DNA of 64,000 nucleotides from Candidatus Woesearchaeota archaeon (GTDB lineage Archaea; Nanobdellota; Nanobdellia; SCGC-AAA011-G17; CAYUTI01): assembly GCA_964447685.1 (NCBI GenBank), contig CAYUTI010000002.1, forward strand, positions 13,966-77,965, read 5' to 3'. A model generated the notes under the pieces. That model saw nothing but the letters and a program-made list of their open reading frames with translations. It ran no database searches and was not told the origin of the DNA. Shown here one piece after another: positions 18,933-28,166 of this stretch. A program made the position numbers and the translations under genes. Every line of letters starts with the position of its first letter. The stretch's first letter is position 1.

Positions 18933-20552
18933 TTATGGATAGATAAAATTTAACCAATTACTCCATAATCCTGATAGATTTGTATCACTATCTTTCATTG
19001 CTCTTATCTTTATTCTATAAGTTTTTCCACTTGTTAGTGCAGGAGGTGTGTAAGTTATTGTTCCGCTTCCTTGTGTATAAGGAGGAGTACCAGAAAAATT
19101 AGATGGATCACTGTTAGATGTTTGATTAATAAGTGTAAGCCATAAATTCTCAGATAATTCTTCTTCAAGAATAATTTCAAAATCTAAATCACTTCCATTA
19201 GAGTCATTAGGAGAATTAAATTCTATAGAGGATGTTTCTGCATTATCAAGAGTAACTATAGTAACTATTTCAGGAAGATGAAAAAGAAGTGGAGTTCCAC
19301 CTGATAGATGACTACTCGTACCAGAACTTCCATTAACTCCTTGAGCATATCCATAACTTCCACCACCTGCTCCACCAGTAACATTCATATTTACTGTATT
19401 AATCGGAGTAGCATTATAAGTAATTGACAGATTTCCACCATCACCACCCTCACCACCTTCAGCATTAGCAGGATCAGCAATTGCACCATTACCACCATCA
19501 AGATAAATATTTAGTGTAGTATTAATATCACCAGTATTATAAAACATAGTGAAATCAGGAGCACCGGCTCCACCACCACCACCTATTCCACCACCACCAG
19601 TTAATGATCCAGCATTACCACCCCTACCTCCCCTACCAGCACCCAAACCGCCTGTAGTTAATACTCCTATAGCACCACTACTTGCACCACTACCACCACC
19701 ATTGTATGTTCCAGATACTCCATTAGCTCCATTAGGAATTGTTATTTGTGTTTGAGCACCTATATAGCCACTACCTCTATAATCATGGACTGTTAAATCG
19801 GTTCCGCTTAAATACCAATTTACAGTAGACTCACTAAATGTTATAATTCCATTAACACTAAATTTAGGACTTAAATAGCAATCATATATTTGTAAAGTAG
19901 TAAGACCATTGAACTCACAATTACCTCCAATAGTCCATAAAAAACTGTGCTCCTGATTATAAGTAAAATTAGATATTATTGTTGTATTATCACAATAGAA
20001 ATTTTCTGTTATATCAATTCTACAACAAAACCAGTTTTGATTTGATGACTCGTCATTAGTTATTGTAAAACTACCACCTATTTTATTAATATCAGAAGAT
20101 GCAGGATTAGCACCGACTCCTTCATAATAGGTAGAATTAACCCAGTTTGTATAATCAAAGGATACGTTACCCTTGCAATGCATAGCTTTTACTGTAAAAT
20201 TATTTACAAAACTTAAATCTCCAACTTTTCTTTTAACTTCAATTTTACCTCTTACATCAAGTTGGTTACAAGTAATGCTACCATTTATAATTAATAAATC
20301 GCCTAACACTGTAATATTTTGATTACCTGAGTTTACATGACCACCATCATAGATAATCAAATTATTTACAATAAGAGGTTGACTGAATGATTGAATACTA
20401 TTAACAGCAAGATCAGTATATTCTAATCCTAATAATTTTTGTATATTATTAGCAATATTTTGTAAATCACTTCCACTTTCCCAATCACCTCTATAACTAT
20501 CTTTTATTTCATCTAGATTTAAATTAATATTAGATCCAGTAAATCCAGCCAT
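18933..20552 (-). CDS. glycine-rich beta-helix-like fibre/receptor-binding candidate, paralogue B (539 aa)
   Basis: Tandem paralogue of 17235-18896. ATG confirmed at 20552. TATAAATA lies 21 nt upstream. Confidence 0.7.
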   Translation of the reverse strand: MAGFTGSNINLNLDEIKDSYRGDWESGSDLQNIANNIQKLLGLEYTDLAVNSIQSFSQPLIVNNLIIYDGGHVNSGNQNITVLGDLLIINGSITCNQLDVRGKIEVKRKVGDLSFVNNFTVKAMHCKGNVSFDYTNWVNSTYYEGVGANPASSDINKIGGSFTITNDESSNQNWFCCRIDITENFYCDNTTIISNFTYNQEHSFLWTIGGNCEFNGLTTLQIYDCYLSPKFSVNGIITFSESTVNWYLSGTDLTVHDYRGSGYIGAQTQITIPNGANGVSGTYNGGGSGASSGAIGVLTTGGLGAGRGGRGGNAGSLTGGGGIGGGGGAGAPDFTMFYNTGDINTTLNIYLDGGNGAIADPANAEGGEGGDGGNLSITYNATPINTVNMNVTGGAGGGSYGYAQGVNGSSGTSSHLSGGTPLLFHLPEIVTIVTLDNAETSSIEFNSPNDSNGSDLDFEIILEEELSENLWLTLINQTSNSDPSNFSGTPPYTQGSGTITYTPPALTSGKTYRIKIRAMKDSDTNLSGLWSNWLNFIYP

Positions 20553-20572
20553 AATTTTACCTCTTTATTTAA

Positions 20573-21139
20573 TTATTTATAAATTAAATAGCCATTCTTA
20601 TTCATCTGTAGTGCAAGTTGATATACATGCTTACAAACACAAGGAACTCTATTTGGATTAGGACTAGGCATCCAATCAGTTTTTCTTTTATAAGGTCTTG
20701 CTTTTCTTTTTGGTTGAAGAGCATCTTCTTCCTCAAGATACCATTCACTTGCAAACTGAAACCATTTACACCCACAGAAACATCTAACAGGATTCCTTGA
20801 CAGTTTGGGCTTTTGAAAATATTTATAAGTGTTATCTACTTTTATTTTTAATGGATATTGTTTATGTGGTGATTTTAATGATTTAATACCATAAAAAATA
20901 AGATTAAGTGAATATTCACCGTTACGACCTGTAGAAGTAGCTGTAACAGTAACAGTATTAACTCCAGCAGCAAATCTTATATTTTTTATAGTTATTTTTC
21001 TATCTCGATAATGTTTTCTACCCAAAACCTGCTCACCATTACTAATAAGTTGAGCAAGTGTTAAATTAGATTTAGCAATAATCTCAATTTGGTTTCGGGC
21101 AAAAACATTAGATATAGAATTAGCTGTGATGAGTTTCAT
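20573..21139 (-). CDS. protein with C-terminal SWIM-like Cys/His cluster (CFCGCKW...CVCKH), 188 aa
   Basis: A CxCx(n)CxH arrangement read in the sequence. Confidence 0.5.
   Translation of the reverse strand: MKLITANSISNVFARNQIEIIAKSNLTLAQLISNGEQVLGRKHYRDRKITIKNIRFAAGVNTVTVTATSTGRNGEYSLNLIFYGIKSLKSPHKQYPLKIKVDNTYKYFQKPKLSRNPVRCFCGCKWFQFASEWYLEEEDALQPKRKARPYKRKTDWMPSPNPNRVPCVCKHVYQLALQMNKNGYLIYK
20574..20581 (-). promoter_or_regulatory. T4 late-promoter-like TATAAATA upstream of 18933-20552
   Basis: Exact octamer on the - strand, 21 nt upstream of the ATG. Confidence 0.3.
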
Positions 21140-21175
21140 AGACTAATTCCTTTATTATTAATATTGAAAATAATT

Positions 21176-21433
21176 TTAAGCTGAGTAAGCAAGTAATTGA
21201 TTTTGATAATTAATCATTTCTGTTTGCAGAGCAGACTTACAATCAAGTATTGCTTGTGCAGGATTAGTTATACCATCAATTTGAGATATAATTTGAATAA
21301 TCTGACTAATCCCTCTATTTAAAATAGAGATTTCAGTATTAACTGCTTGAAGCTGAAGATTAAGATTTTGAAGTTCTGTTGCATCAGTAGAATTTTCAAT
21401 TGCTGTCATAAGACCTGTTCTTGTTAATGCCAT
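21176..21433 (-). CDS. small coiled-coil protein, 85 aa
   Basis: ORF track. Confidence 0.4.
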   Translation of the reverse strand: MALTRTGLMTAIENSTDATELQNLNLQLQAVNTEISILNRGISQIIQIISQIDGITNPAQAILDCKSALQTEMINYQNQLLAYSA

Positions 21434-21462
21434 TTTTATTTCTCCTTATTTTTATTTGTTTA

Positions 21463-21840
21463 TTACCATACAGTACACGTACCCATACAACAATATTGGG
21501 GACTACATGATATTTTAGAACAAAATGAAATTACATATCCCCAGTGATCTGAATTATAATTATTACTTCTGTCATAATTATCTGTTACATCATACCAGTA
21601 GTTGTAACTTGAATCATCACCAGTATCAACATTTACAAGTTGTCCTGTATAATCAGCACCTAATACTCCTGTATAATCAGAGACTAAATTACCTATATAA
21701 TCAGATGTATGATCAACAGTTTTATGGTTTATACATGCAATATTATCAGCTATGTAATCACAATTATCTTGCATTTCCTGTATACCATCTACTTTTACTA
21801 CACCACCTTGTTTACTTATATTTGTCCAAGTAAATGCCAT
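21463..21840 (-). CDS. Cys-rich MAFTW-family protein P1 (125 aa; 6 Cys in the last 20 residues; DYxG repeats)
   Basis: Shares the MAFTW(T/N)xIS N-terminus with P2 and P3. Adjacent to the rSAM-SPASM genes. ggagaat RBS upstream. Confidence 0.55.
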   Translation of the reverse strand: MAFTWTNISKQGGVVKVDGIQEMQDNCDYIADNIACINHKTVDHTSDYIGNLVSDYTGVLGADYTGQLVNVDTGDDSSYNYWYDVTDNYDRSNNYNSDHWGYVISFCSKISCSPQYCCMGTCTVW

Positions 21841-21855
21841 AGTTAAATTCTCCTA

Positions 21856-22302
21856 TTATACATCACCACAAGCCCCGCCCCAAAAACCAGTATTAACGCC
21901 ATTATAATTTGTAGGGCATAATGAACTATTCTCTACTATATGGTTATAGGACTGAACAACACTATAATACCATGTGTCATCCAGCATTACCGCAGCACCA
22001 CATGCATTAGTATGATGTGAAGTATAATCACCTGTATATTTTGTGGTATCATGAACAGAATCATGAGACAGTTTATCTGTTCTACAATAATTTTCATCAT
22101 CTACTCTATCTATTTCATCTTGAATATTAAATATTCTTAATGGATAACTTTTGCCTTCAAGAGTTTCCCATGTAGGTCTTGAAATTGAAATAGTATCGCA
22201 GAGCGTATTTACATTATTTCGTATTTCAGTTATTTTAGTATGTATCGAATCTGTTATCTTATCACCTATTGATACACTTATTGGATTCCAAGTAAACGCC
22301 AT
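21856..22302 (-). CDS. Cys-rich MAFTW-family protein P2 (148 aa)
   Basis: N-terminus MAFTWNPIS; paralogue of P1. Confidence 0.55.
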   Translation of the reverse strand: MAFTWNPISVSIGDKITDSIHTKITEIRNNVNTLCDTISISRPTWETLEGKSYPLRIFNIQDEIDRVDDENYCRTDKLSHDSVHDTTKYTGDYTSHHTNACGAAVMLDDTWYYSVVQSYNHIVENSSLCPTNYNGVNTGFWGGACGDV

Positions 22303-22313
22303 AACATTCTCCC

Positions 22314-22820
22314 CTATTTATCTTGGTTAGAGGGATATCCTTTTTCATTTAATAAATCTATGTAATGCTTTGAAATTTCAAAAGCAGGAGGCAACCAATT
22401 TTTAAAATTTCTAAGTGATTGAGTCAGATTTTTTAAGATATCTATAGACTCATTCATAGTTAAATGACCTTTGATAATTCTATTTATTTGAAATATAATA
22501 TCACTAATATCTCTATTTTTAATACTGTTGTCATTCCAATTATAAATCATTTCTGTATAGGCATTTACAAAATTAATAAAAGCCGGTGTTAAGGGAACCA
22601 TAAAAACTGATCTTCTAACTTCGGATAATGATGTTAAAAGTTTATTAATAAAATCATCATTAGTTTTTACATTTTTATCTTCAGTTAGATCCTTAATATT
22701 TTTTAAAATTTCATGATATGTATAATTTATAATGCTTAATATTTCTTTACCGAAAAATTCATATCTAAATTTATCATCAAGAAAAATTTCAATATGTTTT
22801 TTAGCTTCATTGAATTCCAT
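22314..22820 (-). CDS. helical hypothetical protein, 168 aa (possible accessory or recognition factor of the rSAM cassette)
   Basis: Position only; no motif. Confidence 0.45.
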   Translation of the reverse strand: MEFNEAKKHIEIFLDDKFRYEFFGKEILSIINYTYHEILKNIKDLTEDKNVKTNDDFINKLLTSLSEVRRSVFMVPLTPAFINFVNAYTEMIYNWNDNSIKNRDISDIIFQINRIIKGHLTMNESIDILKNLTQSLRNFKNWLPPAFEISKHYIDLLNEKGYPSNQDK

Positions 22821-22822
22821 AT

Positions 22823-24175
22823 CTATCTCCTATTTGCTTTTAAATATTTTTCATAAATTATTAAATTATCTTTTACGTCTTTATTTATAAGATTATAAAT
22901 ATGAGTTAATGATCCAACTTCATCCATAGAATCTATTATGGCACTTATTTTACCATGTTCCATCATACACATACTTGGTATTGGTGTAAAAATATCACCC
23001 ATAGTTTCATACTGACTTCCTAAACAACCACCTCCGCATAAATATTTAATCCCGCAATCTTGACAGTATGGGAAATTTTTTGTATCAGTAGTATAAATTG
23101 CATATAGAAGTTCAGTGTTGAGGGGATCTATACTAACTATTTGATCATACATTTCAACAAATTTAAAACTGTTAAATTGAGGATAACTAAGCCTATGGCA
23201 TGGGTTAACTGTTAAATCACTTAATCTTATTTGTATATCAGATTGAATACTACATCCTATTCCACGTCCAATAGATGAAAAACAAGAAAATATATTTATA
23301 GGATTTTTAGCTGCCCATCTTGCATAACCAATTTCATCTAAACCTGTTTTTTTCTTTGTCCATTTTACAAAGAAATTAATGAATTTTTGAAAATGTTTAA
23401 CATGATCAATAGTCCATCCATTATTTCTAACTTCTAATAAATAAATATTATCCCAAGGAAGACCATATTTATCAAACATTTCTTGGAACCATAACCAGTT
23501 ATCAATCCATTTATCAATATTATCATAATATACCATTGGATGAAAACCGCAGCCGATATCTTTAGAAAATTTGAAAATAGCATCATAGTCTCTAACATGA
23601 CCGCCTTTTTGAAACGGCCTATTTTCATCACAAAATTTTCCATCAATGCTTGCACTTAAACCTATTCTAAACCTATGCTCTAATGCTTTATTTATTAATC
23701 TGATAACTCTTTGTTTCTTTTCTTCATTTGTACAGAAATTCATATTAGTAGGAATTGAAATACGTCTATAACGAACATCGTGTTTAATAAACCATTCAAC
23801 TAATATCTCTAATACCTCAAATCCAACTTCTGAAGAAAAAATTTCACCTGAGAATAAATCAAAATTTGGAAACATGTTATATTTAGCAAACCATTCCAAA
23901 AGAAGTTTTAAATTCTTAATAACATTTCTTTTTCTATAAATAGATGTAGGATATAATCCAAGTTCTCCATGAGGTCCAATATTACTAAATCTTGAATAGT
24001 AACAGTATTTACATTTTAAATCACAAGATGGTGATATTTGAAGTTCAACACTACTGGCATTATGTCCTTGCATTAATTGTTCATGTTTACCCCAACCACT
24101 AAATACTTTAAAGAATGTTCTGTTTAAAAAACGATGTAACAAATGTGTTCGTTCTTCTTTATATAAATCTATCAT
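22823..24175 (-). CDS. radical SAM enzyme with C-terminal SPASM domain (450 aa)
   Basis: CDLKCKYC (CX3CX2C) near the N-terminus. C-terminal CQDCGIKYLCGGGC (Cx2Cx5Cx3C) plus further Cys typical of SPASM auxiliary clusters. Confidence 0.85.
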   Translation of the reverse strand: MIDLYKEERTHLLHRFLNRTFFKVFSGWGKHEQLMQGHNASSVELQISPSCDLKCKYCYYSRFSNIGPHGELGLYPTSIYRKRNVIKNLKLLLEWFAKYNMFPNFDLFSGEIFSSEVGFEVLEILVEWFIKHDVRYRRISIPTNMNFCTNEEKKQRVIRLINKALEHRFRIGLSASIDGKFCDENRPFQKGGHVRDYDAIFKFSKDIGCGFHPMVYYDNIDKWIDNWLWFQEMFDKYGLPWDNIYLLEVRNNGWTIDHVKHFQKFINFFVKWTKKKTGLDEIGYARWAAKNPINIFSCFSSIGRGIGCSIQSDIQIRLSDLTVNPCHRLSYPQFNSFKFVEMYDQIVSIDPLNTELLYAIYTTDTKNFPYCQDCGIKYLCGGGCLGSQYETMGDIFTPIPSMCMMEHGKISAIIDSMDEVGSLTHIYNLINKDVKDNLIIYEKYLKANRR

Positions 24176-24185
24176 TCTTATCTCC

Positions 24186-25571
24186 CTATCGTAACATTGT
24201 TTCTCGTATCAAACAATTTCTAAGCAACTTTTCAAAAAAACCATTACCGAAAAGTTTAAATAAAGAAGAGTGTTGAATAAAAATACTTCCACCTGTTGAG
24301 ATATTTTCAATTGGACAAGAAATACATCCTAAGATAAAATAATTTAATAACCTAGCCATTTCTTCGTTTTTATATATGCTAGATAATTGTTCTGCTTGTG
24401 CCATTAATCTTATAGTAGTAATACCATAACTTTCTTTAAATTTAGTAAAATCATTATAACCTCTCATAAGCATGAGAAGTCTATCTATATCGAGTTGATT
24501 ATTACTATCAGCACAATAATTTTTTGCTAAATTATTTATAGTAGCCTCGTCCGTTTTTATTAAATCCCCCAAACACTTCTTACTAGTTTCTACATAGTCT
24601 TTATTGGTTATGTAAAAAACTCTATGACACGGAACTACATTATGATTTTCATTAACTGAATATGTACCATCACCGCTACTACAACTAAACATTCTATGTT
24701 TAGTAGACCATTCTTTTATAATAGGTAATCTATTTGTAAGACGATGAAAATAAGCTGAATTAGGTCTTATATTATTAAATAAAAAACCGCTTAATCTTAA
24801 CTGAAAATCATAAAGTTTTGACATTGCAAAACCATCTTCTTGAGTAAAGTCAGTTGGAAGAACTATTGTCGGATCACATGAATAGGATATATTTATTTTA
24901 TTATTAACATTTGTTTCCTTGCATTTAGTGAAAAATTCATCAAAAAATCTATAATAACTTTCAATAACTGAAAAATTATAACCCATCTTCTTTATATCTT
25001 CCATAGAGGCAGTTGGTTTAAAATGCATTATAAAAGTAAAAACAGTTCCGTTTTTATTATTTACAGAATTTAAAAGTCTTATTACTTCAAGACAATTTTT
25101 AATTATTTTTTCAGTAGAACCTTCACCTCTATTCTTATCTGTTATCCATTTAGGGCCATCTATACTAACTTGTAAATCAAGCTCTATTTGTCTATCTGTA
25201 GCAGGAAAATTTTCAACAAATTTAGGTATAATGTCACTTCCAACCATATAATTAGATGAAAAACTAATTTTATTAAAATTTGGAAATAATTTTAACGCCT
25301 CTTCATAAAATTCAGGAATATGATCTAAAAGAGTTAGTGTTGGTTCAGTTCCCCAATGAGAAAAAATTGTTAAATTTTTACCAAACAACTCATAAATTTT
25401 TTTAAGAGTTGATCCATCTTTAATACCCTGTTTTATTTTCTTATGAAAATCCATAAGAAAAGTATTATCTTTAGGTATATAACAATATTTACATTTTAAA
25501 TTGCACCAACCAGCACTAAACATTTCAGATGCTTGAGGAGGTGTATTCTTACTAATACTTAAAGTTGACAT
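24186..25571 (-). CDS. radical SAM enzyme with SPASM/twitch-like C-terminal Cys motifs (461 aa)
   Basis: CNLKCKYC CX3CX2C motif; C-terminal Cys residues (CSSGDG...PCHRV; GCISCP). Confidence 0.85.
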   Translation of the reverse strand: MSTLSISKNTPPQASEMFSAGWCNLKCKYCYIPKDNTFLMDFHKKIKQGIKDGSTLKKIYELFGKNLTIFSHWGTEPTLTLLDHIPEFYEEALKLFPNFNKISFSSNYMVGSDIIPKFVENFPATDRQIELDLQVSIDGPKWITDKNRGEGSTEKIIKNCLEVIRLLNSVNNKNGTVFTFIMHFKPTASMEDIKKMGYNFSVIESYYRFFDEFFTKCKETNVNNKINISYSCDPTIVLPTDFTQEDGFAMSKLYDFQLRLSGFLFNNIRPNSAYFHRLTNRLPIIKEWSTKHRMFSCSSGDGTYSVNENHNVVPCHRVFYITNKDYVETSKKCLGDLIKTDEATINNLAKNYCADSNNQLDIDRLLMLMRGYNDFTKFKESYGITTIRLMAQAEQLSSIYKNEEMARLLNYFILGCISCPIENISTGGSIFIQHSSLFKLFGNGFFEKLLRNCLIRETMLR

Positions 25572-25596
25572 AGTATAATTCCTTATCTACTACTTT

Positions 25597-25971
25597 CTAC
25601 TTACCATCTGGTTTACATTTTCTACATTTACCTATTATATAATCGTCATATTCTAAGTTTATATTAAAATTTACTTCACTTATAAATAATTCACCACAAT
25701 CACACTCACCATAAAGATAGTATTTATTACCATCTGTGAATAGTCCTCTATTGCTATCATATTTTATATTTTCAATAAGCTCCCAACACGGAGAAAGTCT
25801 GGTATTAAATTTTATAGCATCAGGATTCTCTCTATTTATACATGTAGGAGTATCACTATTACAAAAAGTATAACAACCGCTGGAATCGTATGTTGACACT
25901 CTATTGAAATCAGACTCATTAATATCTATTTCTTTTCTGTCTACTTCTTTACTATTCCATTTAAAAGCCAT
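25597..25971 (-). CDS. Cys-rich MAFKW-family protein P3 (124 aa, 9 Cys)
   Basis: N-terminus MAFKWNSKE. Flanks the rSAM pair on the side opposite P1 and P2. Confidence 0.55.
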   Translation of the reverse strand: MAFKWNSKEVDRKEIDINESDFNRVSTYDSSGCYTFCNSDTPTCINRENPDAIKFNTRLSPCWELIENIKYDSNRGLFTDGNKYYLYGECDCGELFISEVNFNINLEYDDYIIGKCRKCKPDGK

Positions 25972-25984
25972 AATAATTCCTCAT

Positions 25985-26017
25985 TCATATTCCGATGGCG
26001 TGTAGTATTATTTATCC
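25985..26017 (-). promoter_or_regulatory. conserved GC-rich upstream element (ttccgatggcgtg...ttattt) 5' of P3; a second copy lies at 52391-52424
   Basis: An identical 13-mer plus flanking similarity, read in the sequence. Confidence 0.35.
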
Positions 26018-26066
26018 AATATGACCTTTCGCTATTTCCATCAGAGTTGGTAAATTAGTCATAGTT

Positions 26067-27173
26067 TTAACCTTTAACTTTAACCCAATGTCTACCGTTT
26101 ACTTTTATCTGTTTTTTAACTGTTCCAAACGATTCATCGAGTTCAGGTTTCTTATAAATAGCGACAATACGTTCAGGATATTTCTGAGCAAGATTTCTAC
26201 TCATTAAAATTAAATTTGCGTTATCATCATTCGTTAATATATCACCACTTTTATATGTATAACCTACAACGGGATTAACATAAGCAAGTACCCATCCAGC
26301 TACTGCTATAGGAAGAGTATTACCTGGAACATTACTTCCTAAACCGTGACCGAATGTATCACTTGCAATTCCGATTATAGATTTTTGACAATGTTCAGTA
26401 CAAAGCTTAGCTCCATATTCAGTATCGTAATAACATTTTCCTGCTATTAAATCTTCACCATCTGCTAATTTTTGGAAGTCAGCAACGTCGTTCCATACTG
26501 CTGCCCAAACTTTATAGGCTATAAATTGTTGATCTGGACTGTTATCATCTTCACTGTTAAGCATAAAATCAGGCCCTTCTCCAGTTGAAATAACTCCTAA
26601 ACTATCATCTATATAACAACGTCTGAAAGTTGGAACACCTGCACCTGGAGGACCTCCAAGACCTGTTGGGTTTATTAATTCATCAGTAGGACCTCCTCCA
26701 CCACCACTTCCATAAACAGTAGGATCAAGATGGTAAAGAACTCCCCAAGATCTTATAACTCCAGTACTGCCTCCAGTAACTCTTAACTTTATTTGCGTAC
26801 CAGTATTAGTAAATTCGTGAATTTGATTGTTAACAACAGTTTCCCAATTAATTCCATCGGCTGAAGCTTCAATAATTGTTACTCCAGAATCATCTATATC
26901 AACACTTACCATACATTGATCAATTACATCAATATAAAGTGGATCAATCAAATTTATACTTTCTATAACTTGCCCTGGTGTAAAATCAAAACTTCCAAAA
27001 CTATTTTCAGTATCATGAATCATTGTGGTGTTACCAACATTTATTTTTAACGTATCTCTAAAACTATCCCACGTTAAACTTAAATAAATAGAACCATCTA
27101 ATAAATCCTGATACGAATCAAATTCAGTATCACCGCCACCTGAACCGGATATCCTTAACTGAGAAAGTCTCAT
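26067..27173 (-). CDS. fibre/receptor-binding candidate with Gly-rich linker (GSGGGGGPT...GGPPGAG), 368 aa
   Basis: Composition and position among the fibre genes. Confidence 0.5.
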   Translation of the reverse strand: MRLSQLRISGSGGGDTEFDSYQDLLDGSIYLSLTWDSFRDTLKINVGNTTMIHDTENSFGSFDFTPGQVIESINLIDPLYIDVIDQCMVSVDIDDSGVTIIEASADGINWETVVNNQIHEFTNTGTQIKLRVTGGSTGVIRSWGVLYHLDPTVYGSGGGGGPTDELINPTGLGGPPGAGVPTFRRCYIDDSLGVISTGEGPDFMLNSEDDNSPDQQFIAYKVWAAVWNDVADFQKLADGEDLIAGKCYYDTEYGAKLCTEHCQKSIIGIASDTFGHGLGSNVPGNTLPIAVAGWVLAYVNPVVGYTYKSGDILTNDDNANLILMSRNLAQKYPERIVAIYKKPELDESFGTVKKQIKVNGRHWVKVKG

Positions 27174-27188
27174 TAGAATCCTCCAAAA

Positions 27189-27710
27189 TTATATACCTTT
27201 TATAACTATTCTGCCTGCAATACTTGTTGATAGATTACTACTCCATCTAACAGTTACAGTATCAGCATCTGTCAATGTTAATAAATACGGTTCTTTTCGT
27301 ACAGCTCCAACTCCGTTGCCCTCATAACAATCAATAAGTAAATTAAAACTACCTATATTATGTATAGCTGTCCAACTTACAGAATTTCCATAACTAGCAA
27401 CATATTTATGATTAGATAAGTTATCTCCAATAGATTCTGCTCTTCTTGCAATACTAACCGCAATTTCAGCCTCACTATCTACAACAGCACTATAACTTTC
27501 AATTAAATTTGCGATTGAATTATCTGTTTCTGCTTGAGACTCATTATGTAATGCAATTGATTTTGCTTCCGAAGCGCTTATAAAAGCAGCATCTGCTTGT
27601 TGACTCAATGATTCTGCTCGTTGAGCTATGCTGTGACCAACTGTAATGTCTCCCGGCTGTACACGCTTAGTATTACCATTGTAAAAAGCTAGAGGTGTTA
27701 CAATAGCCAT
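27189..27710 (-). CDS. fibre-related protein sharing its N-terminal domain with the 642-aa fibre (MAIVTPLAFYNGNTKRVQPGD)
   Basis: N-terminal approx. 40 aa homologous to 28167-30095; also shares the approx. 80-bp DNA repeat. Confidence 0.55.
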   Translation of the reverse strand: MAIVTPLAFYNGNTKRVQPGDITVGHSIAQRAESLSQQADAAFISASEAKSIALHNESQAETDNSIANLIESYSAVVDSEAEIAVSIARRAESIGDNLSNHKYVASYGNSVSWTAIHNIGSFNLLIDCYEGNGVGAVRKEPYLLTLTDADTVTVRWSSNLSTSIAGRIVIKGI

Positions 27711-27812
27711 TGCATTTTTTCCTTATAAAAAAATTTGAAAATCAGGCCAGACTCAAAATTATAAAAATGATATCTGACCTGACTATTAACTATATCTTCT
27801 ATAAATTATTCA

Positions 27813-28091
27813 TTAATATATATCTGATAATGGAGCAGGTCTAGTTGGACTTGCACCACCTACTACTTTATATTTCTTTTGTCTGTCATTACCAACTCCA
27901 TTAGGTGTTGCACTAACTAACCATAGATCATGATTCATAAGTTCATCCATAATTACTTTTCTACCAACACCATTGATATTTTTATGTTTAATTCTAAATT
28001 CAACACTATTAGGTGATTGGTCGTCAGTAATTATAACTTCTGATTTACCAAGACCTTGAAGAAAGTCTCTAAATGCTGTAGTATTATCCAT
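27813..28091 (-). CDS. hypothetical protein, 92 aa
   Basis: ORF track. Confidence 0.4.
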   Translation of the reverse strand: MDNTTAFRDFLQGLGKSEVIITDDQSPNSVEFRIKHKNINGVGRKVIMDELMNHDLWLVSATPNGVGNDRQKKYKVVGGASPTRPAPLSDIY

Positions 28092-28123
28092 AATAAATTT
28101 TCTCCTTTAAAATTAATAAAATC

Positions 28124-28145
28124 AGGGAGAGGAAAACCTCTCCCT
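28124..28145 (-). terminator. rho-independent terminator (agggagagg-aaaa-cctctccct) downstream of the 642-aa fibre gene
   Basis: 9-bp GC-rich stem with tetraloop, followed on the - strand by gattttattaatttt. Confidence 0.55.
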
Positions 28146-28166
28146 TATGTTATAACTTATTACAGA

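Noticed and set aside
19549-19755. + strand Pro-rich 68-aa ORF
   Set aside because: Antisense of the poly-Gly tract in the glycine-rich fibre paralogue.
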